Shown: piece by piece, positions 22,045 to 33,376 of the stretch
How positions within the stretch are numbered: the first letter of the stretch is position 1
Layout of the letters: every line of letters starts with the position of its first letter
Source: an uncultured Nitrososphaerales archaeon
GTDB lineage: Archaea > Thermoproteota > Nitrososphaeria > Nitrososphaerales > Nitrososphaeraceae
Direction of reading: 5' to 3'
NCBI GenBank assembly: GCA_963695855.1
Contig: CAVOHZ010000003.1
Location: 352,001 to 416,000 of the forward strand
Length of the DNA: 64,000 bases
The notes under the pieces: generated by a model
Told to the model about the DNA's origin: nothing
What the model saw: the letters and a program-made list of their open reading frames with translations, nothing else
Database searches by the model: none
Position numbers and translations under genes: made by a program

Positions 22045-23727
22045 TTATTGTTTTTTATCAAGTTCATTGTTGGCTGGTCCATTTATTGCTTTTCCAGTGA
22101 TAGCAGAAAATCGAGACCCATGACAAGGACAATCAAAAGATTTTTCAAAATTGTTCCAAACGACCGTGCAACCTAAATGTGTACATATAGCAGAATAACG
22201 ATGTAATTCGTTGTGAAAGTCTTTATAGACAGCTATTTTTTCTTCTTCTTGCAGCATTCCCTGGTCAATATCTAAATCTTGAATGGATGTCTTTTTTATT
22301 TTAGAATCTTTATTCTTTGATGATGATGAGTCTTTTTTACTGTTATTATTTTCCTCTTTCTGTTTATTTTCAGAGCTTTGGGAATTATTAGATTTTTCTT
22401 TTGCAACTCTTGCTGGATTATAAAGAGAAACCCATGGATTATTTTTCCCAAGAATTAAATCTTTTAAGATGATTCCAGCAATAGTTCCATGTGTAATTCC
22501 ATTTCCTGAATCCCCTGTAGCAATATAAACATTCTTCTTCTCTTCATCGCCAGGATTGTAGCCTATAAATGCTATACCGTCCTTTGGTTCCAAGACTTGA
22601 CCCGACCATTGAAACTCTATGTCTTCTATAGGAAATCGATTTCTTGTCCAAGATTCAAGGTTAGTATATCTTTGTTGTACATCTCTATCATCTATTATAT
22701 TACCTGTTAAATGGTCTTCTCCTCCTACAATTAATATATCATACTTTGAATTATTTTCTTTATCACGCTGGATTCTAACATAATGATAGGGTGCAACTGT
22801 ATTCTCTGACTTTTGATTTCCGGTATCCCAATAAAGAGCCTGAGGAATTTTGTCTTTTTTGATTCTTGCTCCAATAACATATGTTCTATAAGCTTGTTGT
22901 TTATCATAAATTTTGCTGACTTTGTCAATGATTGGTGCATTAGTAGCTATTACTATATTTTTTGCAAAAACTGAATAACCATCTGAAGTTTTAACTTGAT
23001 TTAATGATGGTTGAATATCTTGAACATGAGTTTCAGTAAATATCTTTCCTCCATAACGTAATATTGCTTCTGTAACTCCCTTAAGATATTTTAATGGATG
23101 AAATTGAGCTTGATTAGGAAACAATAAGCACGGCCCGGTATCAAATGACAAATTAGGCGCTTTAGAAATGATTTCAGTGCTCATTATGCCTGCCCGATGA
23201 GTTGCTTCAAGCTCTTTATCTAATGATTCTTTCTTATCTGTAGAATCTAGAAACAAAAAACCATCTAGTTTTTCAAAATCACAGTCAATCCTTTCTTCAT
23301 TTACTATTGACTCTATCATATTTATAGCTGCAGTGTTACTTTCTGCTGCTAGGCGTGCTCCTTCATCCCCATGTAATTGTTCAAGATTATAATATCTGTC
23401 ATCTAAAGCATATGTGATGTGAGCAGTAGTACGGCCTGTCTCGCCGCTGCATATATAGCCATCTTCAAATAAAACCACTTTTTTTCCTGATTTTGAAAGT
23501 AGATATGCAGTTGATAACCCAGCAATTCCCCCACCTACAATGGCAACATCTATTAATTCAGAAGAAGAAATGTTTCTCTTCAATTTATCAAATTTCATAG
23601 GTTGTGGAACCTCATCATACCAAACTGATTCAGTAAGTCCAGATGTTTTTAGCTCAAATTCATCATTCTCATATTTTTTCTTTTGTTTCCAATTATACTT
23701 CGCAGAAATATCACTATTATTATTCAT
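22045..23727 (-). CDS. FAD-dependent oxidoreductase with C-terminal Rieske [2Fe-2S] domain (YhfW-like)
   Basis: [43 protein letters not shown]; CTHLGC...CPCHGS. Confidence 0.93.
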   Translation of the reverse strand: MNNNSDISAKYNWKQKKKYENDEFELKTSGLTESVWYDEVPQPMKFDKLKRNISSSELIDVAIVGGGIAGLSTAYLLSKSGKKVVLFEDGYICSGETGRTTAHITYALDDRYYNLEQLHGDEGARLAAESNTAAINMIESIVNEERIDCDFEKLDGFLFLDSTDKKESLDKELEATHRAGIMSTEIISKAPNLSFDTGPCLLFPNQAQFHPLKYLKGVTEAILRYGGKIFTETHVQDIQPSLNQVKTSDGYSVFAKNIVIATNAPIIDKVSKIYDKQQAYRTYVIGARIKKDKIPQALYWDTGNQKSENTVAPYHYVRIQRDKENNSKYDILIVGGEDHLTGNIIDDRDVQQRYTNLESWTRNRFPIEDIEFQWSGQVLEPKDGIAFIGYNPGDEEKKNVYIATGDSGNGITHGTIAGIILKDLILGKNNPWVSLYNPARVAKEKSNNSQSSENKQKEENNNSKKDSSSSKNKDSKIKKTSIQDLDIDQGMLQEEEKIAVYKDFHNELHRYSAICTHLGCTVVWNNFEKSFDCPCHGSRFSAITGKAINGPANNELDKKQ

Positions 23728-23860
23728 ATTAGTATTGTATGTTCTTTATATGATATTACTGTTGTAACTCTACAAGTACTTTCTTTCAATGTTAAAAAGG
23801 TGATTATGAATACAAAGTAATTCATACAATTTTTATATTAAATGTTATGCTAGTGTGAAT

Positions 23861-24131
23861 ATGTCAAGTGATTCCAATACTATATAGTAATGACTATAAT
23901 TCTGAAGACATTGTCAAAAAAGAAGCAAGGGGACTTGGAGATGATACTGATTGTGTTGAAGTGCATGAAATTTTAGGAAATTACATAATCACTCAAAAAA
24001 CCCAGGTGACCAAATATAGATTCTATATACCAAAGAATTTAGTGGAGAAGTTTGATGGCTATACTGTATATTTTAAGAAAACAAAAGACATATCTGTTTA
24101 TTATGGTGGAATATCTCTAAAAGACATATGA
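23861..24131 (+). pseudogene. Single PRC-barrel/DUF2171-like domain protein, degraded
   Basis: IVKKEARG...VHEI..NYIITQK...FYIPKNLVEKFDG is the same module as 50641-52198; ATG at 23861 is out of frame. Confidence 0.6.
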
Positions 24132-24647
24132 ACTTGTCTGGATATCTCTTTTAGTATTTTTCCTTCTACATGTCATTCTATTACTCTCTTTTCTTTTTCG
24201 AATTTGTTCAATGTAGCTCACATCACTATAATATTATTTTAAAAAAGGGCTACTTAAATGGTAAGCTATGTTTAGTTAATTACCTTTTTTACCCTTTGTT
24301 ACCATTTGATACCTATTATTTTTCTCAAGTTCAATAGAATTTCATAAATTGCATCAACTATATGGCTAGATTTTTTTTTGTTTTTTGAATCTGAATCAGT
24401 GCTAAGTAGACATTTCAATCTTGTTTCGTTAAAACACCATCATCATCATTGTCCTCCATTTTGTTCTCCTGTAGCTTTGAACTGTGGATTGGAGATTTGA
24501 GCTTTGAATACTTCAGTTTCTGCTTTTATCAAGTCCATTTGAACCTTAGCCAGCTCATCTAATGCCTTATTCATATCTGCTTTACCAATTGAGTCTTTAA
24601 TTTGTTGAATATCTTTTGTAAATGAAGGTCGATTTTGTAATACTAAT

Positions 24648-25697
24648 TGTTGTACTTACCAACATAGGTTACAATTTCATTTACCGAGATAGGTAACACT
24701 TCCTAATCTGCTAGGAAGTGTATACAAAAATAGAATTACAAACAAAATTTAATTTAATTCATGAGAAAGAGTCGACTGGAGATACTGTAACTAATATCTG
24801 TAATAGATATCATACATCTAGAAAGTCATACTACAAATGGAAGAACAGGTACCTTGAGAATGGAATAGACGGTTTACGGGATAAAAGTAGGAAACCATAT
24901 AATATACAACCTGGAAAAGTAACAAATGAGATAGAACAGGAAATATTGGATTTACGTGTAACAAAAAGATTTGGTTGCAATCGCATAAGGTTCAGGTTAA
25001 GACGACTGAATGATATCTCCTTCAGTACAAAAACCATCTACAAGATACTGAAAAGACATGGACTGAACATACTAAGATGCAAGATCAGAAATAGAAAATA
25101 CAAAAGATTTGCAATGGAAAAACCCAATCAAATGGTACAGATGGACATTTTAGGACCATTTTACCTTGAGAATTCTACTCAAAAGAACTATTTTATCAGT
25201 TGTGAAGATGACTGTTCAAGAAAGGTAACAAGTGACTGGTCTGAAAGAAAACGAAGTGTAGATGTACTACAGGTACTGGAAGACTACATAGTAGAGAATG
25301 GTAAACCTCTCAAGGTACTGCATGATAATGGTAAACAGCTTACATCCAAAATATTCAGACGTTTTCTACAACGTAACAACATTAAAGATAAATCCATACC
25401 TGCTAGATATCCACAACTACAGGGTAAAATTGAAGCATATAACAAGATAGTCAAAAATGAATTTTTGGCAATAGAAAATATTTCCAACAGAGAAGAAGGA
25501 AAGAGAAGATATTCCATGTTTGTCAAAGCATACAATGAAACAAGAGAACATGGTGGAATCAATGGTCACACACCATCTGAAATGTTTCTTATGAAAGGAA
25601 GATTAAATAGTTGTAAGAATATCAAAACAAATAAGCAGATAAAAAGTGTTACCCATGTTGGTAAGTGAATCTGTTACCTATCTGTGTAAGTACAACA
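24648..25697 (+). mobile_element. IS481-family element, apparently intact
   Basis: TGTTGTACTTAC...GTAAGTACAACA TIRs; 6-bp TSD ACTAAT at 24642-24647 and 25698-25703. Confidence 0.95.
24718..25668 (+). CDS. IS481 transposase (HTH plus rve)
   Basis: YYKWKNRY..GL.DKSRKP, QMD, DDCSR, HDNG, PQLQGKIE, YNETREH. Confidence 0.95.
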   Translation: MYTKIELQTKFNLIHEKESTGDTVTNICNRYHTSRKSYYKWKNRYLENGIDGLRDKSRKPYNIQPGKVTNEIEQEILDLRVTKRFGCNRIRFRLRRLNDISFSTKTIYKILKRHGLNILRCKIRNRKYKRFAMEKPNQMVQMDILGPFYLENSTQKNYFISCEDDCSRKVTSDWSERKRSVDVLQVLEDYIVENGKPLKVLHDNGKQLTSKIFRRFLQRNNIKDKSIPARYPQLQGKIEAYNKIVKNEFLAIENISNREEGKRRYSMFVKAYNETREHGGINGHTPSEMFLMKGRLNSCKNIKTNKQIKSVTHVGK

Positions 25698-25986
25698 ACT
25701 AATAATTGATTTTCTAGCTCAGAAATAGTTGAAGCTTCTTGAGTATTTCCATCATTAAGTGACTCTTTTGCATCCATTAGATTATCCTTCAATTCAAGTA
25801 TATTTAACGTCATCAGTGTTTGTATGTCCTTATAGTCTTATTAGCTCCAGTTGGCGTAGTTTGGTTCTGCATAGGAGCAGCTCCAGTTTGGTTCTGCATT
25901 GATGGGCTACTAAGGTTTGACATATGTGTTTGTCCTTGAATAGTATTGAGGAGGACAGATGGAATAGATAATATTTCAATTGCTAA

Positions 25987-26893
25987 GAGCCTATCCCAAA
26001 AATAGATAGGAATATAGCTCGTTGGTTTCCTATCATATATGATAATGTTTAAGAATAAAAAGTATGTTAGAACAATTATACGTATTCCAGACGATCTTTG
26101 GAATGAAATTAAAAATATTTTACCAGACGAAAAAGCAGAGAATACAATAGGCCGTCCAATTGTTCCTTATAGAAAAGTACTTGATGGCATCATGTTTATC
26201 CTGAGGACTGGATGTCAATGGAAAATGTTACCCAAAGAATATGGTTCTGGTTCTACCTGTCATAGACGATTTCAAGAATGGAGAGAATCAGGTATATTTG
26301 ATAAATTATGAAGCAGACTGTTAAAAATATACGATAACAAGAGAGGAATCAAATTGACATGGCAATCACTTGATAGCATATCCGTAAAATCACCTTTAGG
26401 GGGGCGATGACCGGAAATAATCCTACTGCTAATAGAAGTAAATTAGGGACGAAAAGACATATTCTAACAGATAAAGATGGTATTCCTCTATCTACTGTTA
26501 TAACATCTGCAAATACTCATGAGGTTACCGTTGCAATTGATACAGTTGATAGCATGGTTCTCAAAAGATCATCATATAAACTAAATGATGGAAAGAAGAA
26601 AAAGAAGACTAAAAAGCACAATCTATGTCTTGATAAAGCATATCATTCCAAAGATGTAGAACAAGAAATTATCAAGAGAGGATACATTCCGCATATACGA
26701 CACAGAAGAGAAGAACAAATATTTCGTAGAAAACATCCTGCAAGAAGATGGGTTTTAGAACGAACAAATTCATGGCATAACAGATTCAGGAAATTATTTA
26801 CACGGTATGAAAAGAAAGAGGAGAACTATCTGGGTCTTGTACAATTGGCTAATAGCATAATTATCTACAGGAGGATAATTTTGGGATAGGCTC
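25987..26893 (+). mobile_element. IS5-family (IS427/IS1031-like) element with defective transposase
   Basis: TIR GAGCCTATCCCAAAA/TTTTGGGATAGGCTC, TAA duplication; LRTGCQWKMLP, DKAY, RWVLERT; premature TGA at 26309-26311 and frame change at a G-run near 26400. Confidence 0.95.
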
Positions 26894-27014
26894 TAAGGAT
26901 GTATAGACAAGAATAGTTAATTTTTTCAACTCGACAAATGTAATACTATATTATTTATAACAATTGTTCTAATTTCTGATAATATATAATATATAATAAT
27001 TTAGAATTACAGAA

Positions 27015-27977
27015 GGCTCTGTAGAATCCATTTAATAATAATTAAATTTAGCATCCTATGAAGATTGTATGTAATACATCTGAAAGTCAATTCTCTGTTC
27101 TGCATTCAATTCTCTGTTCTGCATTCGTATTAATCTGGATTATATATGTTCTCCAAACAATCTTTTTATGACTGATACAATAGTTTCATCTTTGTTACGT
27201 TGATTGTACAGAATCTTTGAATAGCCACGTTTCATTTCTTTTCTGTATTTGCCACGAGTTTTCGATATTGGTACATCTTTTTCATATCTTGATGGTATAA
27301 CACTGAATCCGTTTAGTTTCTCTCTAACTAGTACATGATTATCCTCACTATCATATGCTTTATCAGCAACAACTACCGATAATGGTTTTATTTTTGATAT
27401 TCTTGTTGTCACTGGTCTAAAATCTATGTTATCATGTCTTGTTGGAGCTCGCCTTATCTTTATAGAACAGACTATTTGTTGTAATACATCTGCACCAATT
27501 GACAATTTAGCATATTTCTTCCTTCGTAGTTTTGCTCTGCTAGTATAGTACTCTGATGCATGTGTTATTTTGAATCCAGTCGAATCTATGCCAGTAAATA
27601 TGCGTCTTGTTCCTGTGAATAAGATAAAAGATGAGATTATCTTTCCAAGCATCACTACATTGATTCTATCTGTGAATTTCTGTAATGTTGTATAATGTGG
27701 TATTTTGGATAGTTGTAAAAACAATCTCAAATAGTATGCTTCAACAAGCCAGTCTGTAAACATTCGATAACTCTTACCTTCATACTGTCTTATTATAACA
27801 AGTACTATGTGTTGCCATACTGTGTAAATGTGGTTGCTCTTTCTATGCAAATATAATGGTATTCTGCAATGTTTGAGAATACGTAATAGTTGATCTGCTA
27901 ATCTAACATATTTTGATTGTTGTTTGTTCAATAATTAATGGTAGAATGTTGCTAGCTATGATGGTTTCTACAGAGCC
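27015..27977 (-). mobile_element. IS5/IS4-superfamily DDE element with truncated transposase
   Basis: TIR GGCTCTGTAGAA/TTCTACAGAGCC; 8-bp TSD TTACAGAA; GIDSTG, ADKAYDSE, RNKDETIVSVIKR; early TAA at 27140 and a 19-bp tandem duplication at 27087-27124. Confidence 0.93.
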
Positions 27978-28173
27978 TTACAGAACATGTAGTTTACTTT
28001 ATAATCGCTACCAATATACCCTTATCTGTCATCCTAATATTTTATTACCTATAACAATAATTCTTAAGAATAATCCATGAAAATATTTTATATTTTTCTA
28101 TGATGATATTCTTTAATGTAATTAATTTTACTTATTTATATAATTTGTTGTATTAGACTTATTGTAATCATAG

Positions 28174-29628
28174 ATGCAATCTATTAATCTTCTACATAAT
28201 TCTTCAATCGCAGAATCTAATAGCACTGGTATGGAGGACAATAACAATAACAATAACAATTATCATCCTATCACAATACTAATGGTGTCGACGGAATACC
28301 CACCTATGTACGGTGGCGTTGGAAGATACACCTACAATTTGACAAGTGCTTTACGCAAATTAGGACATACTGTTCATATAGCTTGCAATGAAAATGGTAA
28401 AGATGGTAATTTTTTTGGTTTATCCCCTTTTAATAAAAATAATTCAGAATTGTTACTAAATATAGTAAATAAAGTAAAACCAGATATTGTTCATATCCAA
28501 TTCGAGCATGGATTATATGGAGTAAAATTAGACCCAATAGAACCCAGAAATACACATACAAATATTGATTCTTTTTATGATATCTGTAAAGTTCCTATTG
28601 TAACAACATTTCATTCTGCCTATACTTTTAAACAATGGATGAAGCTAATTCCTTCAATAGGTTTAAACAATCATCATGAACATAATTCAATTTATCGAAT
28701 ACCTTTATTGATTGGATATTTATATCAAAATTGGAAACATTTTATAAATTTTTATTCTTTTCATAACTTAAATAATGAAAAGTTACTAAAAAGCAGAAGA
28801 GGAATTGTGTTATCAAATTATCTGAAAAATCGAATAATTGAAAAAATAGAAGATAACAAATATGATAGTGCAAGCAAATCAGACGTACATAATAATTATG
28901 AGTATAACAACAATTACAAAAATAAAAATGTCGTAATTTATCATGGTGCAGAACCAGCAGTATCTTATTTTTCAAATATCAAAGAAGAAGCAAGAAAACA
29001 ATTTGGTATTTATTTTAAAGACAACAAAACTAAAAGAAGAAAGAACTTGGCACTTGCTATAGGTTTTAGTAATAGTACCAAAGGATGGGATATTCTCTCT
29101 GACATTGATTTACCCGAAAATTGGTTCATTGTAGTTAATTCTTCAAAGAATCACTTTAACACAGAAAATTATAAACCAAAAACACTAAGTAAAAATTTTA
29201 AAGGTATCATTGATTTACATAGAGATTTTCTTAATGACACAGAACTTTCATTATTGTTTTATGCTTCTGACGTTGTTCTATTACCTTATAAGGTAAGTTC
29301 AGGTTCCGGCGTTATGTTTGATGCATTAGCACATGGTCTTCCCTTTATAGCAACAGATTTAGAATTTTTTAAGGAATTTGCGATAAAAGGTTTAGGCATT
29401 ACCGTCAAACGGGACCCTAAAGAATTTAAAAAAGCTTTGGAAGAAATGGAAGTTAATTATGAATATTATTGCAATTCAGTAAAGCAATTTAAATCATCTT
29501 TGAATTGGCAATCCATTGCTAACCAGCATAGTAAGTTATATAGTTCTATTTTAGCAGAAATAAAGTGTTCAAATATTACTCAGATATCACATCCTAGTAT
29601 CTTGCCAATAAACAAAATAAAGAAATAA
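28174..29628 (+). CDS. Glycosyltransferase family 4 (GT-B)
   Basis: ILMVSTEYPPMYGGVGRY, PIVTTFH, KGWD, SDVVLLPY..SGSGV..DALAHGLP; poly-Asn near the N-terminus. Confidence 0.92.
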   Translation: MQSINLLHNSSIAESNSTGMEDNNNNNNNYHPITILMVSTEYPPMYGGVGRYTYNLTSALRKLGHTVHIACNENGKDGNFFGLSPFNKNNSELLLNIVNKVKPDIVHIQFEHGLYGVKLDPIEPRNTHTNIDSFYDICKVPIVTTFHSAYTFKQWMKLIPSIGLNNHHEHNSIYRIPLLIGYLYQNWKHFINFYSFHNLNNEKLLKSRRGIVLSNYLKNRIIEKIEDNKYDSASKSDVHNNYEYNNNYKNKNVVIYHGAEPAVSYFSNIKEEARKQFGIYFKDNKTKRRKNLALAIGFSNSTKGWDILSDIDLPENWFIVVNSSKNHFNTENYKPKTLSKNFKGIIDLHRDFLNDTELSLLFYASDVVLLPYKVSSGSGVMFDALAHGLPFIATDLEFFKEFAIKGLGITVKRDPKEFKKALEEMEVNYEYYCNSVKQFKSSLNWQSIANQHSKLYSSILAEIKCSNITQISHPSILPINKIKK

Positions 29629-29699
29629 CTGAAAATTAACTAATACAGAACATTGAGTTTTTCTGTATAGAAATTGGATATAAAATTTTAATATAAAAA

Positions 29700-30612
29700 T
29701 AGAAATTAGCTGACCCCATACCGCTTTGTCTACCGATTCTGGCTTGTAACCTGATCTCTTAGCCGCACCGCTTGCAGAGTGAACAAGATCAGAGATGCTT
29801 TTGATGCCCTCTTTCTTAGCTCTTTCAATTCGTTTTACATCTGCTTCGATATCATGAAAGGTCTTTTTTGTATGAGGTAGTGCCTCGGAAGTTGGTGTGG
29901 CTTTGCCAGTATCCACTATTACTGCAGGCTCCTTCCTAGGATTGTTATGAACTTTACCCTCGGCATCTGTGTGTATTATTTGACCCTCCTTCTGAGTTAT
30001 AACATGATCCTTTTGTACATTTTTTCCCAAATCCTCCCGATTTTAGACCTTTGTATCGTAGTCGACCACATCATTTAATTTGACATCATCAGGATTTTCT
30101 CCTTCTGTTCCTGTCTTATCTATGATACCTATTGGGTTGTCTCTAACGTAGGCATACACATTGATACCATCCTTTAAACCAATCGGATCTGCACTTGTCC
30201 ATCTCCCTAACCATAGTATGTAGTATCTAACTCCCTGATAATTAAATCCGCTTTCCTCATGCCGTTCCATGCCTATATACCTATATCGCTTGAGTTTTAC
30301 CTCTGACGGGGTCCGTCCATACTGAAACGAAGTGCTTCCATATGATATATACTGTTCATATGAGATAATCTGTCCTTTTTCATCCAATTCAAGACTAACT
30401 GAACTGACATGATTACTGAATTGATAGCGAATAAGTTCTTTGGGTACATCTGGCTCTAGTTCTCCACCATGAGTACGCGTATCTATCAGAGCGATACGCT
30501 GTTTGTTGTCCATGACATGGAGTGTCTCGCGTTCTAGTTTGAGGATTCCAGATCCATTTCGTCTTCTGAATACCTCTATTGTTCCCAGATATATAGATTT
30601 TTTCTCCTTCTG
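29700..30612 (-). pseudogene. RHS repeat-associated core plus C-terminal toxin-like domain, 5'-truncated, internal TAA
   Basis: ERETLHVMD, RYQFSNH, YRYIGMER.EESG, RYY..WLGRWTSADPIGLKDGINVYAYVRDNPIGIIDKTG; TAA at 30043-30045 is in frame with ORF 29587-30030. Confidence 0.85.
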
Positions 30613-31092
30613 TAAAAACCGCGTCTCAGTATAAATATATTCTTAAATGCTGACGTAACACTGGGTGCATTTATTTTCTGTCGTCTTAATACATAATTTT
30701 CTTCGGTGAGATATGTCTTTTATGACGTAACTAGAGATGATAATTTATTGACATCAGAAAGGATGTAATTGAAAAAATTTTCCCTCATCCAGTCGATGTT
30801 CATTTATGACAATTTAGTTTTTACGTTTTGAGGTGTTATCGAGCAGGAAATCATTCGGGCCCTATACATATACTAAATTAAATATGTTTAACTCTCTCAT
30901 GTACGAAATTATTCAGTAGAATTGACCTTAAAGTTAGAACTACTTAACCAGATACAGAGAAATTATATTGTTTTTAATTTTTCCGGTATAACATCAAAAA
31001 TGAAACAAAAAAAATGGTAGAGAATTTGAAATAAATTTCTTATAATTTTGATCTGTTTAAAAGTTATCTTAAGCTTTCCTATTTATTCACAA

Positions 31093-31320
31093 TCAATTAA
31101 TCAACCTTTCTAAAAAATACTTTCCTTTGTTTGTAACTCTCATCAATCCGCTATCGTCAATAAATAAAAATTCTTTGTCTAATAAAAAATCAGAATAAAA
31201 TTTAAATTTATAATGAGATAAATCAAATTTAGTTATTATGTGAGATCTTCGATTTCCCTCGATACAAGACTCTAGAATTGAAGAAATGATATTGATATTG
31301 GTTTTATATTTATCACTCAT
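31093..31320 (-). CDS. Small winged-helix (HTH_45/ArnR-like) regulator
   Basis: IISSILESC...SHII...LS....KFY..FL...VTNKGKYFL. Confidence 0.75.
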   Translation of the reverse strand: MSDKYKTNINIISSILESCIEGNRRSHIITKFDLSHYKFKFYSDFLLDKEFLFIDDSGLMRVTNKGKYFLERLIN

Positions 31321-31415
31321 AATACTATATGTGCATAAACATTTATAATTGTTGAAATGTCAATATCATGAGGTTAAATAACAGAATTTTTTTGAGGGTT
31401 TCCCCATATAAATAG

Positions 31416-32585
31416 TATCTAAGTCAAGTGCCGTCATTAACGTCATAATACCATCTTCCAAATCTATTATCAAGATATTCTGATATTACATCTTTTTGTT
31501 CTTCTATACTGGTATAGAATCTGTTTGCACATACATCTGATTTTATACGTTGATTTACGTTTCTCTCATTTGGATTAAGGTATGGTGCTCTCTTTGGAAG
31601 ATGTATTACAGTGAGCCAGTCTTCTTTCTGTGCATTTACATATTCTCTAGTCATCTTGCTTATATGAAATGAAGCGTTATCCCATATCAGTACAATTCTT
31701 TTCCAACTATTTTTCATTACATGTATCTTGAGATTCTCAAGATGGTGTATCGCATTGGTGGAATTTGATCTGTCATAGAAATCATACAACAGGTTCTGTT
31801 CAGGCCATAACATGGATATGTACATTGAGAATTTCTCTCTACTACCATTATGTCTTATTTTTTGCTGTTCACCTTCAAAACTCATTGACTTGCGAATACA
31901 TGGTTTCTGTGTTACTATAGTTTCATCTTCAAACACCAGCATTACCATCTTTTTTTGAGAGCCGAGGCTACTTGTTTGTAGTTCTTTACTTTTTTCTTTC
32001 CCTCATCATAATCTGGTCCCTGTTCAAGTTCCAGTTTAGGTCTTTTACATCTGATACCCATACCTTTTAGTATCCTTTGAAGATGTCTGAAACTTATTGG
32101 AATATCAAGTTCTTCTGTAAGACATGTTGCCAGTGATCTTAGGCTCCAAGTGTTTCTGACATAACCAAAAATATTGGGATCGTTAAAAAGTACAGAAAGT
32201 ATAATCTCTCTATCTTCCTCTGTTATACGGGATTTTGTACTACCTGTCTTCTTTATCTCTAGTCCATCAGTTCCTGTCTGGATGTATGCTGATATCCATC
32301 TCTGGACTGATCTGATACTCACACCATGTTCCTTTGCTATGTCTGCAAAAGTTTTACCATTGCTCTTCTGGAGTACTGCCAGTAATCTGCGATAATGTCT
32401 CTTGTCTGCAGTATTTTTCATCAATCTCCTTATACTGTTCTTCTGTACGGTAGTGATGTTGAATTTAGAAGAACCACGGTACATAGAATTATGATATTCT
32501 GGATACCTTAAGCTTTACCTATTCAAGAATTTAGACCTGGTAGTTAAAAAGATATGACATCAGACGAGGCACTTGACTTATCATA
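31416..32585 (-). mobile_element. IS630-family element, two ORFs joined by -1 frameshift
   Basis: TAAGTCAAGTGCC inverted ends near TA; HTH ORF 31942-32484, DDE ORF 31424-31948 (FEDE, WDNASFH, PYLNPNE); A7G slippery run. Confidence 0.92.
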
Positions 32586-33160
32586 TTTTCCAAGTATTTG
32601 GTCAAGGAAGGAATTAACAAGTTATAATTTAATCCATATCACTAACATATAGAGCTAACATGTTCTAACTATAATTTCTCATATCAAGAACCATTTTTTT
32701 GTTCTAAAATACCAAGTCTTATTTATGAAATCTGTAAGTAACTCATAGTTGCTTTAATTAACAAACAGATCTTTTTTAGATCTATATAATTTTTTTTCAT
32801 TACCGTAAAGTATGGAGATCATGCTAGATATATAGCAACCAGATCTTTTCTATGTTTCCTTAATGCTCCGGTACTTTTCCTATGTACATATTGTTTTTGT
32901 TTATTTTAAATCGGCTACCATTTTAGATATTTCTGTGAACGTGTTTCAGATTATCCATAAATGCATTTCATCAATCGGTTAAGTCATATTGCCTAACCAG
33001 CTCTTATTTGCCTTCCAAATCTGTTTGACAAATAGAATTTACTCTGGATGATATCCAGTAATCATTACCCTGGTTCTTTCACCTTATTATTTTCTAATTA
33101 TAAAACAAATAAACAAAATCAATTATTCAATATTGGCCACAAAACAGCCGATCTTTTTAA

Positions 33161-33294
33161 CCTGCACATGAGCTAAAACGCTCCTGGCTCATGTGAACAG
33201 CCTAAAAAAGAGTGGCCTCCTGTTAACATTATTGGAATAGGACCATTGAAGAAAATCCTAGACCCGTCCTACAGAGATTACCTGGCACTAGGCA
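33161..33294. ncRNA. Candidate structured RNA/DNA element of unknown class
   Basis: GC-rich non-coding island: perfect 9-bp stem CACATGAGC/GCTCATGTG plus a long interrupted stem (GCCTA/TAGGC, AGTG/CACT, CTGT/ACAG, TAGGAC/GTCCTA). Confidence 0.4.
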
Positions 33295-33376
33295 ATAATC
33301 TTATTAAATAATGAAGACTATATTATACTACCAATCATCAAGCACCGAGTAAGTGCATACTAGTTGAGGATCGAGA

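Larger units (their letters stand above)
24446..25960 (-). pseudogene. Helical hypothetical protein interrupted by IS481
   Basis: Reading frame ..ELKDNLMDAKESL..ENQLL / VLQNRPSFTKDIQQIKDSI..KAQISNPQ continues across the IS481 TSD. Confidence 0.6.

Noticed and set aside
28240-28262. AAC/AAT microsatellite as a phase-variation switch
   Set aside because: It is a triplet poly-Asn tract; length changes keep the frame, and such tracts are common in AT-rich genomes.
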